Source: Raja brachyura | Taxonomy: Eukaryota | Assembly (NCBI GenBank): GCA_963514005.1 | Contig: OY740792.1 | Location: 36,642,001 to 36,706,000, forward strand | Direction of reading: 5' to 3' | DNA: 64,000 nucleotides | Shown here: positions 37,901 to 49,900 of the stretch, piece after piece | How the letters are laid out: every line of letters begins with the position of its first letter | Position numbering within the stretch: position 1 is the first letter of the stretch | Notes under the pieces: generated by a model | Database searches by the model: none | What the model saw: the letters and a program-made list of their open reading frames with translations, nothing else | What the model was told of the DNA's origin: nothing | Program-made: the position numbers and the translations under genes

Positions 37901-40900
37901 TTAAGATAGACACAAAATGTTGGAGTAACTCAGTGGGTCAGGCAGCATCTGTGGAGAAAAAGCATAGATGACGTTTCAGATCAGGACCCTTCTTCAGACC
38001 TACACCTGGTCTTTATATCTTCTTATACCTGGTCCTTCCCCAACATAGGATTATTTCCCTACAAATGCCCCCCCCTCTCCCCCCGTCCCCCTCCTGCTTT
38101 ACCCTTGTCTTTGTTTAGGTTCCCCATCTCATTAACCTTTGCATCAACACCTCTCCTAGGCAGTTTCATTACTAATAATATACCACAGATGTAACCTTAT
38201 GAGAGAACTCACACAACTGGTTCTTTACAAAACAATATCTTACACCTTCCCAAAAGCACCATAAACCCAACATCACAAGCATATACTATTATAAATGCCT
38301 TTAGGTTCATAAGATCGCACACATTGGAGCAGAATTAGGCCATTCGATCATGGTCGATCTATTTTCCCTCTCAACCCCATTCTCCTGTTGTAACCTTTGT
38401 TGCCCTTGATAATCAAAATTCTCCACTTTAAATCAATCTCTGCTTTTAAATGCCAAATGACTTGGCCTCCACAGCCGTCTGTAGCAATGAATTCCACAGA
38501 TTCACCACTCTCTGGCTAAAGAAATTCCTCCTCATCTCCATTCTAAAGGTATGTCCTTTTATAGCTGAGGCTGTGCCTTCATGTCCTAGACTCTCCCACT
38601 ACTGGAAACATCTTCTCCACATCCACTAAAGGATTTTTAAATTTAGTTTAGGGAAACAAGGCCTTTGGTCCACCGAGTCCACGCTGACCAGCGATCACCC
38701 TGTACACTAGCACAATCCTACAAACTAGGGACAATTTACAATTTACGGAAGATAAATAAACCCACAAACCCTGTACGTTTTTGGGGATATGGGCGGAAAC
38801 TGAGCACCCGGAGTAAACCCATGCTGTAACATAGAGAACGTACAAACTCCGTATAGACAGCACCCAAAGTCAGGATGGAACCTCGGCCTTTGACGCTGTT
38901 AGGCAGCAACTCCAACGCTGAGCAACCGTGCCACCCTCTTTCTTGATTGTGTACCTCGTACTCAATTTACCATTGAACTTTTCATCATCGTATTATTATT
39001 GAACATTGCTTTTGTTGTTTCATACCTTAACAGTACGAGCTTTTGCTTTTGATGGCCATCGTTTCAGGAATCGGGGCCAGCGTGCCTTTTTCGGCCAGTG
39101 GTTGGTGATTTCGATGGCTGGTACCAGCTCCGCTTCCACATGTTGTTCTGTGGTTTCCACAGCAAGTCGAATGTTGGGGCCGACACACTCCAGGACATTG
39201 ACTTTTCCTGTGGGCCAGAACAGAAATGTTCTTGTGTACGAAGGAACTGCAGAGGCTGGTTCATACCGACGATAGACACAAAATGCTGGAGTAACTCAGC
39301 GTGTCAGGCAGCATCTCTGGAGAACATGGATAGGTGACATTTCGGATTGGGACTCTTCTTCAGACTGATAGATAGAGGTGGAGGGGGGAACTGGAGGCGA
39401 GGAAAGGCCAGAACAAATCAGGGCCGGCAACAGAGGACTCAGGAAGGGTGGAGCCCATAATGGCCCATTGTTGGCTGGGGAAGGTGTGCTAACGACAAGA
39501 TACAAGGATGCGAACAGTGGAACTAATAGGGTGACTAGGGTGGGGGAGCAGGAAGAGAGCGGGGCAAGGAATGCAAGAGTCCTTGAAATTAGAAAAATCA
39601 ACGTAAATACGTTGAGCTGTGCAAGCGAAATATGAGGTCCTGCTCCTCCAATTTTCGTAACAGTTAAGTAGGCTAATGTTTAGTGAGAAGACACAATGTG
39701 TTGGAGGTACACAGGCAGGCAGCATCTTTGGGGAACACTGATAAGGTGATGTTTTGGGTCGAGACCACCCGCAATCTGATTGTAGTGGAGGAGGGGGGGG
39801 GGGGGGGGAGAGGAGAGATAAGGGTAGAGATAAGGGGGAGGAGGGGTTAGACAAAGCCTGGCAGGTAATAGGTTGATGAAACAAACTGCAGATACTGGAT
39901 TTTTACCAAAGATAGACACAAAGTGCTGGCGTAACTCAGCAGTTTGAAGAAGGGTCCTGACCCGAAACATCACCCATCCTTTTTCTCCAAAGATACTGCC
40001 TGTCCCACTGTGTTTCTCCAGTACTTTGTGTCTATCTTAGGTAGAATAGGTTGATATAGGTGATGAGGGATCTTTGATAGGCAGATGGTTGGTCAATAGC
40101 CAGAGAAGAAAAGACAGAAGGTGTGAGACAACAGGGTTGAAGGTAGTGAATTGCGAAGCTAGAGGAAAGAAGTATACAGAATCATCTTTTTGTTTGCACT
40201 CGGCACAAAAGATAAGGATGTATGCATTATTATTTCAAGGCGATTTAAACTAAGCAGAACATTAATCTGTCAGGTGCAAAACCAAAAGTGCTAGAGAAAC
40301 AGCATCTGTGCAGGGAGTGAATGGACAACATTTTGGTTTGGGACCCATCTTCAGCCTGATGGAAGAGAGGTGGGGCCAGGACAAAGCTTGGCAAGTGGTA
40401 GGTGGATACAGGTGAGAGAGCTGTTGAATGACAGATGGGTGGACAACTGTTAGAGATGAAAATAAGACAAAAATGTGTTTAGATGAGGAGAGGAGTAATT
40501 TAAAGCCAGGAAGGATTAGAGGTGGAAGGGCATGATTCGGGGAAAGAGGGGTGCGTACCAGAGTGGTGGTGGTGAAGGTGGGGGGGGGGGGGGGGATAGA
40601 ACCACACGAAATATAGAGGGAGAAGAGGGGTGGTAATTAAAACTGGAGAATTCATTATTCATATTGCTGGGTTGTAAACTACCCAAGCTGAATATGAGGT
40701 GCTGTTCCTCCAGCTTGTGTGTGGTCAAACTCTGGTAATGAAAGAGGCTCAGGACAGAAAGGCCAGTGTGGGAATGCAAGTGGTTAACAGGTGGGCGATC
40801 CGATAGGCCTTGGCAGACGGAGTCCAAATGTTCAGCGAAACAGTATCCCGTGTTCGCTTGGTGGCGCTGATGTAAAAGAGGCCACATAGTGAACACCAAA

Positions 40901-43900
40901 GCAATAGATGAGGTGAGACGAGGTGCATGGGACCCTGTTTCAGCTGGAAGGTACAAGTCTGCATTACTAAAGTATCAGGATTGCACATATAAAATGCACA
41001 TACAGAGCATCAAAGACCCGGGTTACAGTGCCAAAGACCCGGGAGCTGTCTATATGGAGCTTGTACATTCTCTCTCTGTGTCTGCTTGAGTTTTCTTCTG
41101 GTGTTTCAGTTTCCTCCCACATCCCAAAGACGTACAGGTTTGTAGGTGAAATGGCTTCTGTAAATTGTCCCTCGTGTGTAGGATGGAACTAGTGTACGGG
41201 TGATAGTGAGAAAAAACTTTTTGAATTGTGAATTTATGGAATTCGCTGCCACAGAGGGCAGTGGAGGCCAAATCACTGGATGGAATTAAGAGAGAGTTGG
41301 ATAGAGCTCTGGGGGCTAGTGGAGTCAAGGGATATGGGGAGAAGGCAGGCACGGGGTATTGATAGCGGACGATCAGCCATGATCATATTGAATGGCGGTG
41401 CTGGCTCGAAAGGCCGAATGGCCTCCTCCTGCACCTATTTTCTACGTATCTATGTTTCTATGATAGCTGGTGAGTCAGTGGGTCGAAGGGCCTGTTTCCA
41501 CGCTGCATCTCTGAACTAAACAAAAAAAATTCAAGGTGGAATTGAGTGCAAGCTAAAAATGTTATCATTCATTTGTCTAACATTTAACGCATGTAGGTGA
41601 CAGATTTTGAATGAAAAGAACCAATCAGTAAAAGCAAAGAGCAATTGTATGGCCAGGCAATAAGAAAGTGTGATGTCTGTACAACACACACTGCCCCAAG
41701 TACCCGATTCCGAAGCGATGTTGTCTCCTAAACATCAGAATCACTTTGTACTTACTTGCACTGTGAACTGGCACTTTAAAAGCATTCGCTACATCATTCA
41801 ACATGCACATCAGAACACCACTCTCCCATGCTCTAGAATGAAACAAGCCACTCGAACACAGTGCCACATTAATAATTATTTTCACCTGCAGACAGTTAGA
41901 GAGCCTACCTTTCCTTTTCATCCCAGACAAAAGTTTTACAGATGTAAATGTGCCAAAACAGTTGTGTCTGTGCAAAAGATAGACACAAAATGTTGTTGTA
42001 ACTCAGCATGTCTGGCAGCAACTCTGGAGAAAATGGATAAGCGACATTTTGGGTCGGTTCCCTTCTACCGACTACGCAGCTATGCAGAATTTGCCTCGTT
42101 GTGCAAGCTGATGAAATTAAAAATAACAGGACCATTGACCCCAATCCAAAATTGTTCATATTTAGCAATACTGGGATTTTTACAATGCGAAACAACACAG
42201 CTTAATCTATCTTCAGCTTAATTTATGTAGGAAGGAACTGCAGTTGCTGATTTATAACGAAAATTAGACACAAAGTGCTGGAGCAACTCAGCGGGTCTGC
42301 CAGCATCTCTGGTGAAAAGGAACAGGTGACGTTTCAAGTCAAATCCCTTCTTCAGACGGCACATTTTCTTGTTCCTTTTCTGCAGAGATGCTGCCTGACC
42401 TGCTGAGCTGCTCCAGCACTTTGTGTGCATCTTCAGTGTAATTTGCCTCTGATTGCTACTCGCTCAGTAGCGGTGAAGATATTAAACATAAGAGTATGAT
42501 GTTGACAAGAAACTAATCCAGCGCAACATTGATGTATTATCAAAGTTCTCACCACAGGTGACTAATAGAGATCTGCGAGTTGCCAAACAGTCTGGCCCCC
42601 CCATGCATAGACGCACAGGCGGAATGAATTTCCATCTGTCATTCTGTAATTGGCAGCTTTTCCATTGGAAGTTCCTTCTGGAGATGCTCTCTGGTGTGCT
42701 CCTGGCAACGTTGCCAGCCTATTACTCAAACAAAAAGGCTTGAAACACAAGACGGCTGAAAAGAAACTTTTATTTCCTGTGATAAAGCATATAGGAGCAG
42801 AATTAGGCCATTCGGCCCATCATGTCTGCTCCACCATTCAATCATGGCTGATTTATTTTTCCCTCTCAAACCCATTCTCCTGCCTTCTCCCTGTAAACTT
42901 TGACACCCTCACTAATCAAGAACCTAGCAATATCTGCTTTAAAAATACCCATTAACTTGCCCACAGCTGTCTGTGGCAATGAATTCCACAGATTCATCAC
43001 CGTTGGCTAAAGAAACTCCTCCTCATTTCCATTCTAAAAATACCTCCTTTTATTCTGAGGTTGTGTCCATGGGTCTTAGACGGTCCCACTCCTGGAAACA
43101 ACAATGAAAAACTGAGGTTGTTTTTTGGTCCCATTAATGTATACCTAGTATCTGAAGAAGATTTCTTGTTTTGGATCAGTCCTTTCCAAAGCTCAGCTTT
43201 ACCTTTGCCTAGTTAACGCAGTTGTCATAGCAACGAAACGCACCAAAGCGGGCACAGGCTTCACTCAGTCATTTCACTTTCAGTTGTTCTAATCAGAAAC
43301 AATATATCAAGTAGACTGAATGGGGAACAGATCGGAATTAACCAACTACAAGTAAAATTCAGTCTATTATCTAAAATGATATCAGAGTGTGGAGAAAGTT
43401 ATTGGGAAACACAGGCACTACCAAAGATTATAGTACCTTTGGGCACTACTGTACCATACCAAAGCAAATCCCTGAACTTGCAGACTGCTGTTTAGCAGCA
43501 CTTTCCCGACTGCATTGAGGGTGGCACAGTGGCATAGTGGTAGAGCTGCAGCCTTTCGACAAGGTCCTACATAAGAGATTAGTATACAAACTTAAAGCAC
43601 ACGGTATTGGGGGTTCAGTATTGATGTGGATAGAGAGCTGGCTGGCAGACAGGAAGCAAAGGATAGGAGTAAAAGGGTCATTTTCAGAATGGCAGGCAGT
43701 GACTAGTGGGGTACTGCAAGGCTCAGTGCTGGGACCCCAGCTATTTACAATATATATTAATGATCTGGATGAGGGAATTGATTGCAACATCTCCAAGTTT
43801 GCGGATGACATGAAGCTGGGGGGTAGTGTTAGCTGTGAGGAGGATGCAAGGTGACTTGGTAACTTTCTTTAGTTCTTTAGTAACTTGTCAGTTTCTTTGT

Positions 43901-46900
43901 TGAACTAATTTAAGGCGCATGTTGCAATCAAAAGCGCATGAACAATGGGTTTGGAAGAAAGCCAAACTGTAAGATAATGACTGCACCTCCTCCTAGGAGG
44001 CTGCAAGGTGACTTGGATAGGTTGGGTGAGTGGGCTAATGCACGGCAGATTCAGTATAATGTGGATAAATGTGAGGTTATCCACTTTGGTGGCAAAAACA
44101 GGAAAGTAGACTATTATCTGAATGGTGGCCGATTAGGAAAAGGGGAGATGCAACGAGACCTGGGTGTCATGGTACACCAGTTATTGAAAGTAGGCATGCA
44201 GGTGCAGCAGGCAGTGAAGAAAGCGAATGGTATGTTGGCATTCATAGCAAAAGGATTTGAGTACAAGAGCAGGGAGGTTCTACTGCAGTTGTACAGGGTC
44301 TTGGTGAGGCCACACCTGGAGTATTGCATACAGTTTTGGTCTCCTAATCTGAGGAAAGACGTTCTTGCCATAGAGGGAGTACAGAGAAGGTTCACTAGAC
44401 TGATTCCTGGGATGGCAGGACTTCCATATGAAGAAAGACTGGATAGATTTGGCTTGTACTCGCTTGAATTTAGAAGATTGAGGGGCGAACTTATAGAGGC
44501 TTACAAAATTCTTAAGGGGTTGGACAGGCTAGATGCAGGAAGATTGTTCCCGATGTTGGGGAAGTCCAGTACAAGGGGTCAGAGTTTAAGGATAAGGGGG
44601 GAAGTCTTTTAGGACCGAGATGAGAAAATCATTCTTCACACAGAGAGTGGTGAATCTGTGGAATTATCTGCCACAGAAGGTAGTTGAGGCCAGTTCATTG
44701 GCTATATTTAAGAGGGAATTAGATGTGGCCCTTGTGGCTAAATGGATCAGGGGGTATGGAGAGAAGGCAGGTACAGGATACTGAGGATACAGAACATATG
44801 TAAAAGTTTTTTAAAAAAGGCACAAAGGTTGGAATAACTCAACGGGCCAGGCAGCATCTCTGGAGAACATGGATAGGTGAATTTTCAGTTCAAGACCCTT
44901 CATCATAAATGTTCTCCAGAGATGCTGCCAGACCCACTGAGTTACTCCAGCACTTTGTGTCCTTTTTTCCCCTTGTTTCTACTTTACACACAGATTTTGC
45001 CCTGATGCTGTAATTGGCAGCAGCCAAGACAACAAATAGTCCAATGCCTTATGTAAGACGTTGCTGAGGCTGTATATAGAGTATTGCGTTCAGTTCTGGG
45101 CACCATGTTATGGGAAAGATGTTGATAAGTTGGAACCGGTGCTGAAAATATTTACAAGGATGTTGCCAGGACTCGAGGATCTGACCAACAGGGAGAGGTT
45201 GAGCAGGCTGGAGCGCAGGAGGATGAGGGGTGATCTTATAAAGGTGTATAAAATCGTGAGAGGAATAGATTGGATGGACGCACAGAGCCTCTTGCCCAGA
45301 GTAGGGGAATTGAGAACTACTCTGGGCATAGGTTTGAGGTGAATGTGGAAAGATTTTATAGGAATCTGAGGGGTAACACAGGGTGGTGGGTGTATGAAAC
45401 AAGCTGCCAGAGGGGGTAGTTGAGGCAGGGACTATTGCAATGTTTAAGAAACAATTAGATGGTACATAGATAGGATTGGTGTCGAGGGATATGGGTCAAA
45501 TGCAGCCAAGTAGGACTAGTATAGCTGGGACATATTGATTGGTGTGGACAAGTTGAGCTGAACAGCCTGTTTCCACGCTGTATCACTCTATGACTGAGAT
45601 TTAGTTAACAGAGTGCACTACTATAATTTATACTATGTCACAGTAATTTCAGTGTTCACTGAATGTTACTTTAGTACAAAATGCACATTAATCTGTTCCA
45701 CATACTGACTTCTCTTGCCAATTCCTTCTTAAGGTCATGGCACACCAAGGGCGGTAAAACACAAGCAATCACAAAGATCGATAGGAAGATTTCCCAAACA
45801 ACCAACTACATTTGTAGAACATGGTGCAATTTACAATTAATGGCAAGTATTGATGGAACCACATGTACAAATAGATGATTGAAGGTATATAAATAATTTT
45901 AAACCACTCAGGATTATGCATTCATGCCAGTAAAGTGGAGGTAATTGATCACCCATTATAGAAATATATATTGTAACGTGACAGCCATTATGCTATAATG
46001 AAGAACAATCCTCAATCTGTTTCAACAAATTCATCCAACATAACTCTTTATTAACACATAAATTGTGACGCAAGTATCAGGGTACGCACCATTTAAGAAT
46101 ACCAGCCTTTGCTCCTCTACAGCACATGCTGCTCCACTTTTTCATATTACTTACTGTATTTTCATAAACTTTCCCATGTTGAACATGGCTACTTGAATGC
46201 TTCTGACAAATTACAGTAACTTTTAACATTTAAAAAATCCTCGGCTCACATTGCCATCACATATATTAATTTATTGCCCAGTTAATAGATGATACCTTTG
46301 ATACTGAACATAAATTACCTGCAGAGCATTCCTTTAATTACAGCCTATCATTAAATCATTAAAAGCCCAACAGCACATAATTGACTTGTGTATACACTGG
46401 TCACCACCTCATTGTTAAAGCATTTATACAAAACTTTTCATGACCTCTGGTGACATGCTACAGCCAATGCTCTGCTTAGAATTGTAGAGGTACGCAGCAA
46501 GGAAACAGGCCCCTCGGCCCAACTCGTCCATGCCAATCAATATCCCTACTTGCCTACGCCTGACCCAATCCCTCCAAACCTTTGTAGACACAAGGAACTG
46601 CAAATGCTGGAATCTTGAGTGCTGGAGGAACTCAGCAGGTCAGGTAGCATCTGTGGAGGGAAATGACGCGACGTTTCAGGTCGGGACCTTTCTTCAGGCT
46701 GCTCCTTCTTCATGTCTGCTACACATTATGTCATTGAGGCAGGTCACTCGCTCTTCTTAGGCACTGGTACGATAGATGCCAACCAGGTGGGAAGGTTCAG
46801 ACCGCAGAAGTGATATGTTGAAGATGTCCTTGAATATTCCAGCTAGTTCGTCAGCACAGGTCTTTAGTACTCAGCTAGACACCTGCAACATGATGTCCCA

Positions 46901-49900
46901 ACTCCTGAACTCAATACCATGACCGATGAAAGTAAGTGTGCCAAATACCTCCTTCACCTCTCTGCCCACCTGTGTCAGCACGTTCCTGGAACCATGTACC
47001 TGAATCTCTTGTTCTCTCTGTTCTACAATTAGGGCTCTATTTAGAATTTAGAAGCACACAGGGCTCTACCATTTCCTGTGTGCTTCTAAAGAAATGATAT
47101 GGGATCCAGAACATCTACACAAGAATGCTACTTGTGTCATTGAGAGATACAGCACACAACTAGGCCACTCAGCTACGCCAACCATTAAACACTTATGGAT
47201 TTGGTAGCCCATTAGGAGTCTTTGTACAACGGTTTATCCAAAAGACAATGCTTCCAGCTAGAGCAGACAATATTATATTGTAGCAATATGGTGTAGTATA
47301 TAAAAAAAACTATTTGTTCACACGTCTCCTTCCTCATAGAGGGCAAGCATTTCCACCCCCTTAAATCAGGAAGGTGGGTATATTTTCTTACCATCCAGTC
47401 TGGGTAATCGCTAACCTTCTTAGCAACAGCTTTCTCAGGGAATCTCAAGGTCTACATACACATACTTGTCTCCAACACGTGTAAAATCTGGGAAGGATGT
47501 CAGGGCAGGGTTGTCCAATATTTCTGTAAAACCTGTTTAAAATAACATTTTGAAATTGACATGAAGTGATGTTTCAAGTTGGGATCTATCTTCAGACTTC
47601 TGCCTAAAGTGCAGACCATGTTAATGTTAAATTACATCTGATGGACTCATGAAGTCATGTGCAGTTCCTCGTCATAGAGTCACACAGCATGGAAACAGAC
47701 CATTCGGCCCAGCTTGCCAACATCGACCAACATGCCCATCTACACTAGTGCCACCTACCTGTGTTTGGCACATGTCCCTCTAAACCTGTCCTATCCATGT
47801 ACCTGTCCAAATGTTACTTAAACGCTGTGATAGTACCTGCCACATCTACCTCCTCCAGTAGCTCATTCTAGACACTCAACACCCTTTGTGTAAAAAAGTT
47901 ACCCCTCAGGTTCCTATTAAATCTTTCCCTCCTCACCTTAAACGTATCTCCTCTGGTACTTGATTCCCCTACTCCGGGCAAGAGACTGCTTTTACCCGAT
48001 CTATTCCTCTCATGATTTTGTACACCTCTATAAGTTCACCCCTCATCCTCCTGCGCTCCAAGGAATAGAGTCCAAGCCTACTCAACCTATCCCTATAGAT
48101 CAGGCCCTCGAGTCCTGGCAACATCCTCATAAATCTTCTCTGCACCCATTCCAGCTGGACATCATGTGTCCCCACTTTGAAATTGTGATTAGTACCAGAG
48201 TTGGCACTGCGTACCATACTGAAAGATAAGATGAAGTTACCAACCAGGACACAAGATCCATGCATTTCAAGGCAAGTTCAAATTGCAGCAGGTAAAAAAA
48301 ATGCACCTCATCCCATTTCAAAAACTTTCCTAACTCATTTTGACTAAAGAAAAGTTAGCGATGAATAGCAAGGATCACATAAATGACAGGTCACCCACAC
48401 AAGGTCAAAGAACAATGACTGTCTGAACATTCGATGATCCATTAGCATTTCAGTGAAGTCTGCCAACAAAACCATTGAAACTTCCTTTTAGCAACCGTCT
48501 TCGCTGTGAAATGTCCTGGGACTCAGTGTAGTATGTGGCTGCAACAGCATCTCAGCTAAGTGAGCTTCATTTGCAAGTGGATCCTATGGAGATCATTTTA
48601 ACTTAGACACAAACAAACCATTTGTTGAGTGGCATTCATCTAAAAAATGCCTGCATTACAGAGTCAATGTGTAAGGCACATGATATTAGGAGGCAGCACG
48701 GTGGCGCAGCGGTAAAGTATCTGCCTTGCAGTGCCAGCGACCCGGGCTCGATTCTGACTACGGGTGCTGTCTGTACAGAGTTTGTACGTTCTCCCGTGAT
48801 CTGCTTGGGTTTTCTCCGGGTGCTCCGGTTTCAACCCACACTCCAAAGACGTACAGGTTTGTAGGCTAATTGGCTTGTTAAAATTGTTCCTAGTGTGTAG
48901 GATAATTTAAGTGTGTGGCAATTGCTGGTCGGCACGGCCTCGGTGGGCCAAAGAGCCTATGTCCGTGTTGCATCACTAAACTAAATACTAACCTAAATTA
49001 AATAATATAGATAGATTGCCTACCTTGAAATTTTGAAGACTGAATTGTGTTCTCAAGCAAGGCTTTGAAGATGCCAATGACTTTTGAAGGGACAATGTCA
49101 CCTTCAATAATGACATCGGGTTGATGCCATTCTGGAGAACTCTTCAGGAACTGATCCACCTCCAGCCACTGGTGCAGCTTCTCGGGCTCTCGGACCGGCA
49201 AGATGAGCTTGGAGCCGCTCAGCGTATAATAACGCCATTGCCGCACCCTCCGTTCCATGTAGGCTGCCAGACCTCTCACTGGGACCATGATGACGAGCTG
49301 AGATGGTGACTGAACCTAAGAGAAAGCAGGACACCACTTGGAAACTACGATATCCCTCCAACGTTTCAATCCACATGGGCATTTGAAATACTAACAAAGG
49401 GATTTGTTGTTGGGGTACGGCCAATGATTCAATGATATTTTATTGTCACATGTAACTAAGTACAGTGAAATGCTTTGTTTTGCATGCAACCTGGTAAAAT
49501 CATATCACAGACCTCACATAAGCAGTACACAAGTGTAGCCAATTTTAGCACTGACAAAGTTACAAAGGTTCACCAAATAGTCCTATCTATTGCCTACCCA
49601 CCACACGTGGCAGCAGGCCAGTACTACAAACTATGTCTTAAATAATACTTCGATTTAAGCATAAATGTTTTGTAAAGACCATGTCCAATTAGATCATTAA
49701 ATGACTAAAAGTCAAGTGACCAATACAGTTCAAAACAAGGAACTGCAGATGCTATTTAATACACAACGTACTGGAGTAACTGAGCAGGTCAGGCAGCATC
49801 CCTGAAAAACATGGATAGGTGACGTCCCCTGTCGGAACCCTCCTTCGGAACAGCCCAACCCGAAATATCATCTATCCATGTACTCCAGAGATGCCGCCTG

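Noticed and set aside
41670-42221. 183-aa plus-strand ORF (and 33825..34283, 152 aa)
   Set aside because: No recognisable domain, antisense within introns, partly read through pLTR repeats.
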